NCBI GenBank assembly: GCA_963677495.2
Contig: CAXXOU010000004.1
Location: 384,001 to 448,000, forward strand
Reading direction: 5' to 3'
DNA: 64,000 nucleotides
Source: Candidatus Cloacimonadales bacterium
GTDB lineage: Bacteria; Cloacimonadota; Cloacimonadia; Cloacimonadales; JAFGVF01
Shown here: positions 60,887 through 64,000 of the stretch, piece by piece
Position numbering within the stretch: position 1 is the first letter of the stretch
How the letters are laid out: every line of letters starts with the position of its first letter
The notes under the pieces: model-generated
Seen by the model: only the letters and a program-made list of their open reading frames with translations
What the model was told of the DNA's origin: nothing
The model's database searches: none
Made by a program: the position numbers and the translations under genes

Positions 60887-63800
60887 TTACTTCATAAGTA
60901 CCATTTTATTAACTTTAGTTTGTCCACCATTCTCAAGTTTGTAGAAGTAAACACCACTTGTATGGTTGTCTGCACTCCAAACTATCTCGTTAGAACCCTT
61001 AGTTACGTTGCCGTTTACAAGAGTATCAACTAACTGACCTCTCATGTTGTAAACTTTAAGTGTTGTGTGACCTGTAGTAGGTACACTATACTTAATAGTA
61101 GTTTCTGGGTTGAATGGATTAGGGAAGTTGTTAAGTTCAAATTTTTGAACAGCAACTTGGTCATCATTGTCAGTGCTAAGGTCGATTGTAGCACGCATCA
61201 TGATGTTACCATCAGCGATCATAGTCCAAGCACCAGTACCTTCTTTAAGGTATGAGTTTCCATTAGCACCAGTGTCTTTACCGAATGCACTTGCATTAGC
61301 AGTTTCAAGAACACATACGTAGAAGATACCGTCATCAGTATCTTGGTATTCCTGACCTTCAGGAAGAAGTACGTTATTCCAACCTTCAACGAGGTTAGCT
61401 GGAGCAACAGTAGTTTGAAGTGCTTGTGTACCAGGCATTCCATCGTTACCATCGTTATTGAAAATACGATAGATAATTGGAGCTGTTCCTACTGAATCTA
61501 AGTAGAAATGAACCATTCTAAGAGTAGCATCAGTTGTACCTTCGAATTTAACACCCATCTGGTTAGTAACACCAGCATTGATTGGTTCATCTGACATACC
61601 ATCATCATAAGTAATAGTTTCATATGTATCTGGCATTACGAAAAGGTTAGCTTCTGCAGGCTCAGATGCAGAACCGTTATACATTGCTTTAACTTGGTAG
61701 AAGTTAAATGATTCAAATACTGGAGCAGTATGTGAATATGTAGTTTCTGTAACAGTTTCTAACATTGTATATGTTGTTCCGTCAGCTGAATGATAAACTT
61801 CGTAACCATCAGCGTCACGTGTTGGGTTAACTGTATAAACAGCTTTACCTCTAACGTTCCAGTTACCATTAATCTGTCCCTGTGAGCTATCGAAGATAGA
61901 TTCCCAAGCACTACCTGATTTGATCATGTCACCATAACCTGCAACTGCTGGACCTAAGTCAACAGGAGCCGGATGTGTACCTTGAGTGTTACAGCGTAAA
62001 CCGAACCAAAGTTCTTGTGTCATATCAATCTGGATTGGAGTAGCTAAAGCATAAGTATTCCATTCACCGATTGTTGGGCTTGCAACAACTTCATCAACAA
62101 TGATATTTGATGCATTAGCACCAGTCCAAACGCGTACTGAGTATTCGCATTCTGCTTCATAAGCGAAGAATTCGATTTCAGAGAGGTACATGCCATGATA
62201 TGGAAGTAACTGTGGAAGAGTCCAACGTGTAGCGATATCGAAGTCAGCTGGTTCGCCGAAACCGATTGCATCGTTATTCTCGTCACCACTATATCCCATT
62301 GTTTCGAAGTCTGGAGTTTCAGGAGCAGTCCATGTTAAATCAACATTACTACCATTCTGTACAACAGCTAAGTCTGTAGGCTCATAGAAGAAACCTGCAG
62401 GCATATATGTGAATGTAAGTTCTACAGCTTCTGATTCACCTTCATGATAAACTGCTGTGATACCTGCAAGGTGGTTAGAACCTGAAGCAAGACCATCAAA
62501 TACATAAGCATCATTCTGAACACCTGTAGCTACCTGAGTACCATCTAAGTAGATGTTGTAACCAATAAGTGAACGTTCTTGTCTTGAAGTAACTTCAACT
62601 GCACCAGCTGTAAAGCTTTCTGTAATTGTTGGCTCAGCATGCTGTGGAGCAGGAGTAGGTAATTGCATCGCAGTTCTTGTGCCGTTTTCGAATACGAATG
62701 CCTGGATAGACCAGTTATAATCGAAATCACCAAGGTCTGATAAGTTATCCCATGTTCCACCGGTTGAGATTTTGTCACCATAACCAACAACAGCAGGACC
62801 TTCGTCACCACTGGCAGGATAAGCGCCGGCAGCATGGTTATTAACTGTATAACCAACCCAAAGTTCTTGAGTACCGTCGATAGTTAAAGGAGATGGAAGC
62901 TGAACTTCATTCCAAACACCAACGTCGAATTCTGTGATTTCCTGTGACCAGATAAGGTTAGCAGCATCGTTGCCAGTCCAAATCTTCATTGTATATGTGT
63001 TGTCAGCAGATCCAGGAACGAATCGCATCATTACAATGTTTTGTCCGTCATAGTCTGTTAAACTTGCAGTATCGAAACGTGAAGCTACTGAGAAAGTACC
63101 ACCACTTGTTAAACCAATACCGTTTCCACCTTCAGAATCAGAACACCAAGACATCCATTCACCAGGAAGCTCAGGTTGATCCCAAGTAAGGATTCCACCA
63201 GGATTGATAACTTCAACATTTGAAGGAGGGTAGATACCGTAGAAAGCAGGTGTAAATGTGAAAGTGTAGTCAACAACTACAGATTCACCTGAATCGTGAA
63301 CAGCACTAACACCGGCTGTGAAATCAGCATTTGGTGTAAGGTCAGCAGGATTAAGCTGGTATGAACGTGCTTGAACGTTAGAAGCGATTAAGCTACCTTC
63401 AAGGTATACGTTGAAGCCTTGTAATTCACGAGAGTTTCTTGAAGTTGGAAGGTTACCGGCCATAAGACCAGGATTCTCAACAGTTTCAACTTCCATTGGT
63501 TCAACATTCTGTCTTTCGAGAACAACAGGTCTGCCTGTAGCATCCATAGCATAAGCCTGAAGGTTCCAGTTATAATCAAGACCCATACCTGAAATAGGAG
63601 ACCAAGCACCACCGGTAGAGATCATATCACCATAACCTGCAACTGCTGGACCTGCATCGCAACCACATGGATAACCTGTAGTTGTGTTAGCATTAACGCC
63701 AACCCAAAGTTCTTGTGTTCCATCGATTACGTGAGGAGTAGGCAATGTTATTGTGTTCCAAGCATCAATTGTTGGATTAGGAACAGCTACTGATACTGCT

Positions 63801-64000
63801 TCTGATGCAGCATTAGCTCCTTCCCAAATTTTAACTGCGTAAGTACATGCAGCTTCTTTTGGGAAGAATTTTACTTCAGTAATTGTAAGGCCTGCATAAG
63901 GTGCAAGACCTGCAACATCCCAACGTACTGCATAGTTTATATCTGCAGCTGCGTTAGTTCCGATACCATCATTATTAGTACCACTATCATAATGCATCCA
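60887..64000 (-). CDS. Large repetitive secreted protein with FlgD/T9SS-like CTD (5' end outside window)
   Basis: Three ~270-aa repeats (GPAVAGYGD..YNW) each followed by an FN3-like module; NNFPNPFNPETTI CTD; frame open to the window edge. Confidence 0.87.
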   Translation of the reverse strand, partial: WMHYDSGTNNDGIGTNAAADINYAVRWDVAGLAPYAGLTITEVKFFPKEAACTYAVKIWEGANAASEAVSVAVPNPTIDAWNTITLPTPHVIDGTQELWVGVNANTTTGYPCGCDAGPAVAGYGDMISTGGAWSPISGMGLDYNWNLQAYAMDATGRPVVLERQNVEPMEVETVENPGLMAGNLPTSRNSRELQGFNVYLEGSLIASNVQARSYQLNPADLTPNADFTAGVSAVHDSGESVVVDYTFTFTPAFYGIYPPSNVEVINPGGILTWDQPELPGEWMSWCSDSEGGNGIGLTSGGTFSVASRFDTASLTDYDGQNIVMMRFVPGSADNTYTMKIWTGNDAANLIWSQEITEFDVGVWNEVQLPSPLTIDGTQELWVGYTVNNHAAGAYPASGDEGPAVVGYGDKISTGGTWDNLSDLGDFDYNWSIQAFVFENGTRTAMQLPTPAPQHAEPTITESFTAGAVEVTSRQERSLIGYNIYLDGTQVATGVQNDAYVFDGLASGSNHLAGITAVYHEGESEAVELTFTYMPAGFFYEPTDLAVVQNGSNVDLTWTAPETPDFETMGYSGDENNDAIGFGEPADFDIATRWTLPQLLPYHGMYLSEIEFFAYEAECEYSVRVWTGANASNIIVDEVVASPTIGEWNTYALATPIQIDMTQELWFGLRCNTQGTHPAPVDLGPAVAGYGDMIKSGSAWESIFDSSQGQINGNWNVRGKAVYTVNPTRDADGYEVYHSADGTTYTMLETVTETTYSHTAPVFESFNFYQVKAMYNGSASEPAEANLFVMPDTYETITYDDGMSDEPINAGVTNQMGVKFEGTTDATLRMVHFYLDSVGTAPIIYRIFNNDGNDGMPGTQALQTTVAPANLVEGWNNVLLPEGQEYQDTDDGIFYVCVLETANASAFGKDTGANGNSYLKEGTGAWTMIADGNIMMRATIDLSTDNDDQVAVQKFELNNFPNPFNPETTIKYSVPTTGHTTLKVYNMRGQLVDTLVNGNVTKGSNEIVWSADNHTSGVYFYKLENGGQTKVNKMVLMK

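Overview
An AT-rich bacterial chromosome segment, probably Candidatus Cloacimonadota or a related FCB lineage (inferred from many signal-peptide proteins ending in a FlgD/T9SS-like 'YPNPFNP...YNIKGQ.V...KKMxLxK' sorting domain). Housekeeping genes: rsmG-parA-parB, six tRNAs, a eukaryote-type UGPase/PhzF/MCE(Mla-like) operon, tsaB-folA, pdxJ, kbl, NFACT/rqcH-recO, a U32 protein, recQ and aspS-purN-mtaB. These are interspersed with large secreted proteins (GLUG, LRR, M6 protease, LamG/PKD), a small accessory block after tRNA-Asp, and a stand-alone Avs4 (AVAST type 4) anti-phage STAND nuclease. The most unusual signal is non-coding. At least eight intergenic loci carry arrays of short cores phased at exactly 11 bp and usually arranged as inverted halves, with a different core at each locus except one duplicated element. 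Three of them sit beside a head-to-head DnaA-box-like pair (AAGTTATNCACA-N3-TGTGNATAACTT) inside an outer inverted repeat. Also notable are a PqiC-like lipoprotein apparently fused to an outer-membrane beta-barrel in the MCE operon and a dense mosaic of REP/REPIN-like palindromes. All calls are by eye; no searches were run.
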